NCBI RefSeq assembly: GCF_964194025.1
Contig: NC_134476.1
Coordinates: 61,752,001-61,816,000 of the forward strand
Reading direction: 5' to 3'
DNA from: Convolutriloba macropyga
Lineage: Eukaryota
Length of the DNA stretch: 64,000 nt
Part shown: positions 50,909-61,469 of the stretch, piece after piece
How positions within the stretch are numbered: position 1 is the first letter of the stretch
Layout: the number at the start of each line of letters is the position of its first letter
Notes under the pieces: generated by a model
The model's input: the letters and a program-made list of their open reading frames with translations, nothing else
The model's database searches: none
Told to the model about the DNA's origin: nothing
Made by a program: the position numbers and the translations under genes

Positions 50909-53291
50909 TCTTCACTACGATTATTAACACTTATCTGAAAAACACCAGTCAGTCTAACTCAGCAATAAACACTCTAAACTAACTCACACCAAATCTCTAA
51001 ACTAACTTCAAAATTGAACAAAAATTCATCTGACGGAGAAAAAATACCATGAGCAATTGCTAATTGAAATATGTTGCTTTGACGAAACGATCGAAATAAT
51101 GAAAGACAACAGTACAGCACGAGAAAACTACAAAAGTTTGAATTGCTGCAAAAGTCGAAAAAGCTTTAAAGCATTAAAGTTCGTTTCAATTTAAAGTAAC
51201 AGATGCGGACATAAAGGAAGAATTCCCTTAAAAAAGTGATTAAAAGCTTTCCTCGCATAACTAATACTTGAACATTGGAATAATTCTGGAAACGACTCGA
51301 AGTACGTAAACAAATTGCCTTTCAAATGACTATTATCTGGCTACAGAACGGCTAGTATCTCCTGACATTAACAACAATCTTAATTCAGATACCAAAGATC
51401 AGTACTCATCATTAAAAAAATAAAGAAATTTCAACTAATTTTTCAGATAGTAAAAGTACAAATACAGAAAACGTTTTTTCATGCAAGCTAAGCTATTTAT
51501 CTGACAACACAAATTTGGTCAAGACTTTTAATCTCTATTTATGAAAATCAACAGAAAAGCTCGAATGAAATTAAAAAATTGTATCAAATTGATATTTTTG
51601 TCGAATTCCATTAAAGAAGCGGCTTTGTATCAATCTAGCTTAACTCAATTTGCAGTAGACAGTACCTATAAGCATTTGACTTCAATTGAGTTACTACTAA
51701 ACTGATTAAAGTATTACAGAGGGCCAAAAATTTTAGATAAAACTTCAAAAACAGTGAATTAATGATGTGTAATGTTAGCCATAAGCAGCATTTTATCAAT
51801 TTATCTCATCAATCATTAACTGATTTTTTTAAAATTTGATGCCAATTCTTTTTTTTCAGAACTTTTGATGCCATTTGTTGTTAACTTGATTTTTTAATGG
51901 TCGGTATTAGCTTATCCCATTTTTGAGGACGATAAGTTGAAAGTGTCGGACTAAAAATTGCTAAAGCATAAAAACCACATAAAAAACCACCACAGGACTA
52001 ATATAAATAAGACAACACTTCATTTGAGAGCAGTTAATCACAAAATAGCTTAAGTTTGAAACTTAATCGAAACAAGAAGACCACTTAAATCCTGTCTCGA
52101 AAGCACGAAGTCATCGAACAAAAAGCGTAAACACAAATTTAAAAAAGAGCAGGAAAAACAATAAAAATTGCAGTTCTCATTGTTATTTTGTTTTGCTAGG
52201 GAACAATAATTTGGCAGCTTGATCTCCAAACAGAAACTTAAAAAAATGCTAGGAAATTTACTCACATTTTTAAGGTCCTCAAAACCACTATTGTGTTGCT
52301 TAATAGATACAGAATTCCGTTGATGCAGTTAATACACTAAAAATGCGTTTGTAAAAATTCAAATTCGTTCTTTTAATTTGTTCGTCCAGCTTTATTATTA
52401 ACATTAATTATATACGACTCCCATATTGACCTCGAAAGCGTTTGGAGTTATCTTAAATGACTTCAATCAAGTCAATGAAGTCATTAAGAGAGTATGGTAA
52501 GTCAGTTATGATCAGAAAACTATAGTGTGGTAGGTAGTGTTGATCACACACGTCAGCTTATCAAACTCACGCCAATTAGTTTAAAAAATGACCCAAACTA
52601 GCTAGAGAGTAGTGAAATAGCGGAATGAGATCATTTGTTCAGAAGTTTGCGGCGTGAAAAAAATGTAAAATGACAAAGAGCGTCAGACGACAAAACGAAA
52701 ACCAAGAACACCGCAATATAGCTACGCTCAGCTTCGCATTTATAAAAACAAACCTTTGAGAAGTTTGCATTGTTCGCATTTTTAAACTAACCGAAAACGA
52801 ATTTACTATTATTTTTGTCAGTTACCAATTACCAAGCAGTTATACTATACCTCATAAACATACGTAACGCTGAGGTACTGTAACGTCACAAAAAAAGAAA
52901 TCGTTCGAAAATTTGAATCAGACGAAATAGAAGTTATATACAGAAAAAGATAGGTCCCTAACATTAAAATTTATCTGACAACGCACAAATTTTCAAGAAC
53001 TGACTGACGACTTGCTACGAAAACTCGCAATATTTAAAGGTAAATACACTGACATAACATTGACGCAAAAGATCGACCGGACGTCACTCATCTCATTAAA
53101 GTACGCCAGATTGTACCACTTTTCAAAATTGAAACCACGCTTCGTCAAAACGATATATTCACATTCAATAGGAACAGTTTAAATTTTCACAAACATCTTT
53201 TGGGGATTTTAATGATTCACTTGAGCTATTTGATATGATAAAAACGGCTGGATAGAAACAATAAACTCAATTAAATCAGAGCACAATTTAT

Positions 53292-53440
53292 AAACATAGT
53301 CGACAGATTGTCGGAAAATAGCCGCGAAATAGACCGTTGAGGCAGGCAGATGTCGACGTAATTCCTGTTATAAAACTGAGTTTTGAGAGAAAAACTAATA
53401 TGCGACCAATAATAGCCTCGCTGTCGGTTCGCGGCTATTA
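53292..53440 (-). mobile_element. Minimal (~150 bp) family A HINE in VBP1 3' UTR
   Basis: catagt-CGACA-gat-TGTCG-gaa-AATAGCCGCGAA ... TTCGCGGCTATT; perfect 12-bp ATIR. Confidence 0.8.
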
Positions 53441-53450
53441 CTAATTCAAC

Positions 53451-53687
53451 TTAGGCAGCTTGTGTGACAACTTGTGCATTGCTAGCCGCAGCAGCAGCAT
53501 TGGCCTTCTGTTTCTTCTCAACATTGTAGTTGTAAACTCTAGCCATGCTGACTTCTGTGGTAGTGATTTGGTCTCTCAAGAAGAGAAGGTCTTCACTGAG
53601 AGTCTTCTCCGACTGCACCACTTGGCTCAAGTTCTCATTCACAATGTCTATTGCCTCGTCCAAAGGGTACTCTAACATCACGTTGGC
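53451..53687 (-). CDS. VBP1: Prefoldin subunit 3, exon 4
   Basis: ttgcag|ANVMLEYPLDEA...EDLLFLRDQITTTEVSMARVYN; diagnostic PFDN3 C-terminus. Confidence 0.95.
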   Translation of the reverse strand, partial: ANVMLEYPLDEAIDIVNENLSQVVQSEKTLSEDLLFLRDQITTTEVSMARVYNYNVEKKQKANAAAAASNAQVVTQAA

Positions 53688-54029
53688 CTGCAAACAATCA
53701 AGCACAAAATCATAAAGCAACAACAATTCTCGCAGGAATTTGCTCTATCAATATAGGTTGCCTATTCACTTTGCCTGAATCCGATGATCACGTTCGATCA
53801 ATATTGTGATTCGTCTCAAATATAATTTAGAAAATAGAATGAGCAAGGTAAGGTACGAATTACTACCACAAAGAAAAATTTGCCGAAGTATCCCTAATTT
53901 CCGTAAAGGAAGAAGTCCACTGCTAAATAATTCCTGTTTTGTGGGGAAAACTATCCAGTCAGTGCTAAATGCATTGGTGGTTTGAAGAGGATGCTGTTGT
54001 TTGCGTGTGTGTTTCCACCTAATACTTAC

Positions 54030-54128
54030 ACCTAGCCATAGTCCGACAGTGTCCACTGTGTCTAATGTTGCATCTGCATACACGTGTTCAGTCAAGAGAA
54101 ACTTAGTATGTAGTTCTACTCCATCGGC
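54030..54128 (-). CDS. VBP1: Prefoldin subunit 3, exon 3
   Basis: tttag|ADGVELHTKFLLTEHVYADATLDTVDTVGLWLG|gtaagt. Confidence 0.93.
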
Positions 54129-56313
54129 CTAAACATCAAACACAATTAAACAATGTCACAGTTGATAAAATATAGCCGACAAATAGACACCGCTGACCCC
54201 ACTGACCGACGTTCGGATTGATAAAGAAAAAAAGAAAAGGACGACAGCCTTGCACCAGAAAGAATATTAAATTGTATTTTAAGCTTTGTCTTGAAAAGTT
54301 ATTACTTGTTGATACAGGTCAGACTTGCATTGGGTAGCCCCGCCTATAGGGGATTTTAGACTCCAGTGGAAGACTTCAAAATTACTTTTGCCAATCATCA
54401 ATTTGTTGAAAATAGACGAATGTGAACTGCTCACGTCCATTGTCGAAAGCGCCCAATGGTATATATTGTTGGCACCAGTTGTCTATACAAAGCTATCGAA
54501 AAGTAGCTTTGTATAGACAAAACGGCTTTGCCTGAACTGGCTGAAAAAATTCACACAACTTTTGTTACGCCAGGTCTCATTATGTATTTGATATTACTGT
54601 ATCATTATGTATTTGATAAACTGACAGCATTTGATATTACGTAAAATCTTCAACGAAGAAAAGATTTAATTAAATGGCATCATGTAGAGCAATTCCATAA
54701 CTTGCCATCGAAGTATTAATTATTCACCGCAGACTATTGAACAACTGTTGAAAACATATTTTCAAGAGCATTTTCAAGCATTTGTTCACAAGAGACAAAC
54801 TTTTCGAACGCTATGTGATGCTAAAGTGTGCTCAAAAATTAACCTCGCTTTAAAACTCTCAAAAATCTGAAAAGCCGCAGGGGGTTGCCATTTTTTCTAT
54901 ATTGCTCTACGCGATAGATCTTTTTTCTCGGTTCTGCTGCGTTTCTTCATTATCTCAAACACTAAATATTTTCTCAAAGCTTTTGATAAAACAAAACTCA
55001 AAATTGTAAGATCTTCAGCTTGAACAAAGGAGAGTATCCAAAAATTAACAGTAACAAAAGTTTACAAATTGAGCCGGAGTCGATGACTGTAGAATAGAAT
55101 CCAGAAAAGATGAAATCCCTAAACTAGAATATCAAGGCCATACACTGATTAAGCCAAATAACAAACGTGGCTGCAATATCTTAGAAACATTTTTAATGAA
55201 GTAGATAAAACCCAAGCAATTAAATCAGTGGTGCAATAAAAAGTGGTACCAAACTCGATCTCACACGTCAGTCAAAAAATACTATCGGAGTTTTGATAAC
55301 TATAACACAACAATAGAGAAATTTTTATACAACTTTCAACAACTCCGAAGCGATTGGGAGGCCATTACTCGCCAAAAACTTTTCTTACAATCCGGAGAAT
55401 TTGTTTTGTATTTGGCATTGGTCTTTTCATAATAATCCCTTCACAGTTTTTATCACTCATTTGATGTCATTGAGAAGTCCACCTGATAAAGTAGTTTCAT
55501 TAACCCTGGCGTAAAGGTGGCCAAAAATAGATTAAAGCGTGCAATTTTTCAAATTAGAGACGTGGAGTAAAAATCTGTCTCAAGAAATTCTTAAAGCAAA
55601 TTTTTGTCATGTTCAGAACTTGGACTAAAATTTTTGCTGTTTTTCCATGAACTTTTTCATGAATGCTACTATAGTTGATACATATGTTCCAACAAAACGA
55701 ATTTGCAATTTTTAAATCCATTCATGCAAAAACGGCATTTTCAATGGTTTTATCTGTCTTAATGGTTTTCATGACTTCCACCAGAGGCCTTTCAAAAACA
55801 ATAGATGTTGTGCTCCACCCAATATTTTTGTCTTCTGACTTGGTCCCATTAATGAAAGATCTATTTTGATTTTTATATGTGGCATTAAAAACTACTTAAT
55901 ATTTTAAGCTGCTACTTTTCGATTATTTTAACTAGCTCTAATTGATTTCGAAATCTTGTCATTTTGAAATTTACCCCATTTGTTGTTCTTTTGGTTGTGT
56001 TATCACGCAGTCTCTCTTATTACAAGTCTCACTGGCTTTAAACTGAAAAGTTAGTAAACTTAAATCGTATTGTCAGTTGATGGCTAATGTCTTTTTAACG
56101 TTGTGGGCCTTTTTAACGCCCATTTTTGTCGCCTTCCTGCTCAGTCTTATTAAAGATACGCAATGAGCGGAGGTGGCGTGACTGAGGTGGTAAAACATTT
56201 AAGATTAAGATCAGCTCCTCACACCATGAAATTGTCTCCTCAATTTTGGTTAATCAACGGTTTTAGTGAATCCCGTTCATAGACACTGGTTAAGCTTAAG
56301 GCTTTAAGAGCCC

Positions 56314-56683
56314 CTAATCCCTTTCCGGCGTCACCTGTTTATCCCGTTTTTGAGAACGAATAGTTAAACATTTCAGTGAAAATATCGGTCGACCAAAAAA
56401 TTGCAATAAAAAAGATCACGAAACAAATATAGTTTGTGGAAACCGTTCTTTTTTTAAACTAAGACTGAGTAAACGACAGCAGTCGATAGAAAAAAAAACT
56501 AATCCCTTTCCGGCGTCAACTGTTTATCCCGTTTTTGGGAACGAATAGTCAACAATTTCAGTGAAAATATCGGTCAACTAAAAAACTGCAATACAGAAGA
56601 TCACGAAACAAATATAGTTTGTGGAAACCGTTCTTTTTTTAAACTAAGACTGAGTAAACGACAGAAGTCGATAAAAAACAAAA
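56314..56683. repeat. 185-bp tandem duplication of a family B internal segment
   Basis: ctaatccctttccggcgtca at 56314 and 56499. Confidence 0.92.
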
Positions 56684-59011
56684 AAGTAAAAAGATATTAA
56701 CAAAACAACAACATTCAATTAATTGCGGTTAAAATTGCCCCTACAAACATTTGGGTCTGCTCCTAATAATCAAACACAATCAGGGAAATTCAATTATACT
56801 ATAAACAGCATTATGGAATGCAGATTTAACAATTTCATTGCCGGAAAACAGCCGCAAAAAAGACTGCCGCAACTCAAGAGTTAAAAAATCACATAACCAA
56901 AAGCAAATTAGGCAGAAATCATTCTGAAATCAAATTTCATACAACTTCAAGAATAATAGCCGTCAAAATACGTCTGTCTTTTTTACCTGTGAAGTTTCCG
57001 TTCAATTAGAGTTCAATTTCCCAATTCAGATTTTAAAGTTGAATCGAGAGGTAAAAATACTGATTGCGGTTCTCAAGTACGTTTTAACAGTTTTCACGCG
57101 ATCAACAACTACACAGGACTTTGTAATAGATGACATCAAGCACACAAACTGTGCTTAAAAGTGGTAGAAAATTAGAAAAAGGTCGTACTTTGACTTCTTA
57201 CCGCGCGATCAAATGGTCATAAAAAGTATCAAACCGCAATGAGACCAATAATAGCCCCAAAATTGATTCGCAGCTATCAGTAGAAAAAAAGTAGAACAGT
57301 ATAAAAATAGGAAGTAACGGGCCATATTGACTCAATTTTCCTTTTAAAAAACGTAACATTGTTGCTGATCATATGAAAAGTTCACTGTATTCTCAATGAG
57401 GGCTGCCAGTAAACAATTGTTTTCAGAGCTTAATAAATGCTGACAATAAGAAACTCTCCTCGCAAAGCAAAAATGAAAAAAAGAAAACGCCTCAAAAACG
57501 TGTTCAAAACAAAAAATGATTCAATTAGTTCAGAAACAGTCAAGATAACTACTAAAAACATAGGAAGGGCAAAACGCTCCAGCTGTACAACTAGCCGTCA
57601 ACATGTTCAACTTGACTAAAAAACTGTTCAATTTAAAAAACTGCTTTGAAAACGCCGCAAGTGAACAAAAATTCACTCAATCGACAAAAAGATTTTTAAA
57701 GCTAAATATTTCGTTCCTTTTCAGAATAAACCATGAGCTTAAAACCATTGTTATTTTCTGCTTCTGATTTTAAAAATAAATTAACATGCACTTTTTTACG
57801 AGCCCAATACACTTTTACTTTTACTTGTTTGCTACTACTTTTACTTTTTACACCTCGAACTACGAAACTACACTACCAAAGAAACTACCAACAAAAACTT
57901 ACAAATTGCCAAAACTAATACTGTTGCAATCTTTTCTTCGACAAATTGGGGAAAAATGAATTTACAAAAAAGCATTGTCTAAACTATTTTTCGGAGAATT
58001 TCTGCGTTACACCCTACACTTTCTTTTGCCTTGGAGATCTATTTTATTTGCTATGTAGAACGTTTATTTTGTTCTAAAACTGTTAAGAAAGTTGTAGTTA
58101 AGGTTGTTTTGAGTAATCTGAAAATAAATTTTAGGAGACTTTCTTTTTCAATTATTATCAATTGATATTAAAAAAAATCCAAATACAAGAATTCTAAATT
58201 AACCTATCTCAAAAGCACATAACAAAAAGTAATGATTTTGTGTACCGCTTTTTAAAGAAATGTTGAATACAACATGAATTTGTCTAAACTAAAAAGCATC
58301 GGAAAAAATACTTGCAGCTGTTATAGATCATGACGCTGACAACATTGGTACAAACCTGATAAAAACACAAAGAAAACACAAGAACAGTTGCAAAGAAAAA
58401 TCGATCAAAAAGACCGACTTAACACCAAATATGGTCAACTATAAAATACTCTTGCAGCCCATTTAAAAAAACTTTGCGAAGAAAATGGACTGACAGAAAA
58501 CTGCTTTGAAAATGCCGCACGCTTGCTGAGAGAATTGATTCAGAGCTGAGAGAGATTTGATTTATCTCTCTCAAAAAAAAAATCCATGGAAAAACCTCGC
58601 TCTTCACTTTTCTACAACAGAATGAATAAATGCTGTGAAACAACTTACAGATTTTTAAAAGTCGGAAGAATTCCCGAAACTTCGAAAAGACTATTAGCCA
58701 AAAACTCAGCTCTGACCTTACTGGTAACATTCAGGAAACAAGCAAAGAAAACAAAAATAAAACTGTAATAAAAAAAAGCAAAATTTATAGAAAAATGATG
58801 ATACCTTTTGACTTAATTCTTTATAAGCAAAAACATTTACTGATATAAATGAGAAGCTTAAAGCAAAATTATTTTGAAAAACCTTTCGAAAACTGTTTTT
58901 TCACAGAAAACAGTCAAAATACATTTGAGCAATTAAAAAAATTTTTCATGGACTTTCCAGTGATACTGATTAATTAAATAATCACCGCTTCAGATATTGA
59001 GTAACACATAC

Positions 59012-59087
59012 CTGCGCATCTCGTTTCTCCTTGAGCAATTTGATCATCTCTTTTGTCTTGTTCAACTCTGGTGTCTGATTACGTAGA
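59012..59087 (-). CDS. VBP1: Prefoldin subunit 3, exon 2
   Basis: tttcag|T CTA CGT..LRNQTPELNKTKEMIKLLKEKRDAQ|gtatgt; phases fit neighbours. Confidence 0.88.
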
Positions 59088-59509
59088 CTGAAAACATCAA
59101 TATCTATTTCCATTTAAAAAATAATTCCATATAATCAATTTAATTCGCATTTATAGATATACCGAAATGATAAAGATAAAACGCCTGAATTTTTTTCTTT
59201 TACTGCCTTTCGGCAATTGCCAATAATAATGCAAGTGAACGCTTTTTCAAACATTATTCAAATTTGCCTTCACAAAATCAACGTCTACTTCCTCCGAAGC
59301 TTCAATGAACGGTAAAATTTCAAGTTACGCGTTTCCTTTAGCTCAAAACTCAAATATTTTAAGCTAACAGCAAAAAATGGTCGAGTAAGAAACTTTCATT
59401 TTTCAAGAGCAATTAAACTGTATTTCAAAGGATAGTTTGAAATAATGGTGCTGGTTCATCCTTCAATCTATCTTCACCAAATAAGACGTAGAGCATAATA
59501 AGAACTAAC

Positions 59510-59697
59510 TAGGCTCTCTTTGTTTGTAAACTGGTGTTCATGGCATTGTATCTAGATAGCTGCATGTCCAACAGTCTTAGCACCGACTCTGCATCCCCAC
59601 CATGCTTCTGCATGTATCCAGAGACATCCTCTATGAACTCAGCCTTCGGAATACCCAAGTGCTCTTTCGATGATGAAGAACTGGAACCCGAAGCCAT
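59510..59697 (-). CDS. VBP1: Prefoldin subunit 3, exon 1
   Basis: MASGSSSSSSKEHLGIPKAEFIEDVSGYM..AESVLRLLD..; donor TA|gttagt; total 199 aa; upstream in-frame ATG at 59727 possible. Confidence 0.9.
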
Positions 59698-61321
59698 GCC
59701 AAGACCTGAAGAGGTCGCCAAAAACATCACACGTTAAAGTATCTTTCAACCATTTTTTTCACAACTTTCTCAAAAACTTCACACAGAGATAAAACTTTCA
59801 CTATTCACAGCTATGTAAACAAAGAAATCTAACTACCGTGGATTGCTTAATTGTTCCAGCATGTAGTCATACAATATAGAAAGATAGAACATTTCCATAA
59901 CCTGATAAGTCAAATTGTAGGCGATCCATCTACATTTTAAGAAAACATATAAAAGATCAGCCGAAAAGAAAACCTTCTCAAAGAGCAACCTTAAAAATGT
60001 CTCACCAACTAATGGCAGCGCCATTAGAACCACTCTCGTAAAAATGTTAGTGGTGAGATTTTCTTCAATATCAAAAGATTTGTTTGCATAAACTTAAAAT
60101 CATTATTTTTCATATGTTTTGCTTACTATTATAGGCAGAAGTTACTATAAAAGTTGAAAATTGAGTTGTTAGCTTCAATTTTTTCGTTTCAATTGCAAAC
60201 CTCTGATCGTTTCTACTCATCGCCAAAAACATTCGCCTTCATTTGCCTGAAAACCAGCAAAATAAAAACGAAAAGAAAAAGGGACATTTCGAGAACCTCG
60301 AAATATTATTGAAAATCAGTGGCGTTAAAGATAAACACGAAACCTCAATTTATAGAAGTAACCGTAATTTAAAATCAGTAACCACTTCATAGTATTCAGC
60401 AATTAAAACAGCGAGAATTGCTTCTCAATAGCAATTAACGACAAAATCACTAAAACAAGGCAAGAAAACACCAATAGAAAAAGGCAAGATTCAGAAAATC
60501 ACTATAAATCTAAAAGGTAAATGTGGTCTTATTCATTAATTTCAGCAACACATTGGTACTATTAAGTCACTAAGACTGCATCAGAAATCTGATGAGACCT
60601 GCTATGATTGAAAATAAGAGAAGATAACACAGCAAATACGGACAAAATTCAAAGGTCCAATTTTCTGAAAAAACGGCATCGAAGTCAATTATTTTCGACG
60701 AACACTAAATTCAACAGATTCACTTGATTCCACTAAAAGGTATATGTGAGCTGTCATTAAAGAAACTAATATACAAGCCAAAAATACAAAAAAAAAAACA
60801 AAATTTAAAATTGAGTTTGTTTTTAGAGACCAACAATTTTAAAACGATTGGAAAGTCGCTGGTACATCCCCAGAGCGTGCAATGGTCTTTTAATAATGAG
60901 ACTCATGAATTTACCACACTGAGAACAAAAACATGCAAAGCAAGAAACAGGAAAAACAAAAAAGATGTTGAAGCCCAAAAAACACGATTTATCGACTGAA
61001 ATCAATATATTAATTCAATGAGAAAACAGAAAAAATCTTGAAAATTCAAGCACAGTTATCACTTTTTAGAGCATCTGCAGAAAATCAAAAGAAAATCAGA
61101 AGCGTGAAAAACATAGTGCAATTGCCCCACGTGAACCAAAAATATTTATCCTAACTTTAAAAGAAGATTGAAAAAAATTACACTTTGAACCTACCCAGTC
61201 TTTTTAATAATTCAAAATTGTCGCTCATTTCAAATAACTGCAAAATATGAAGTTGATTGAAAATTACACCAAAAGAGAACAGATTTAAAGCTAAATAACA
61301 ATAAAAAATAATTTTTAATAT

Positions 61322-61469
61322 GAACCTATTCTGTTTCGGCCCCACCCCCATCTTAGTCGGAATATATGTTTCATGACCCGTTATTTTTACATAGTAACGT
61401 GCTATATAACAACACATAATCGGTAACTTCGGGTCATTATAAACATTGGGGCCGAAACAGAATAAATCC
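61322..61469. mobile_element. MITE-like foldback element
   Basis: Perfect 18-bp TIR TATTCTGTTTCGGCCCCA (61327) / TGGGGCCGAAACAGAATA (61447); inner ATGACCCG/CGGGTCAT repeat. Confidence 0.75.

Noticed and set aside
55000-56100. Possible decayed hAT-like transposase
   Set aside because: Only faint motif resemblance (e.g. GFKNCK) across broken frames; needs a translated search
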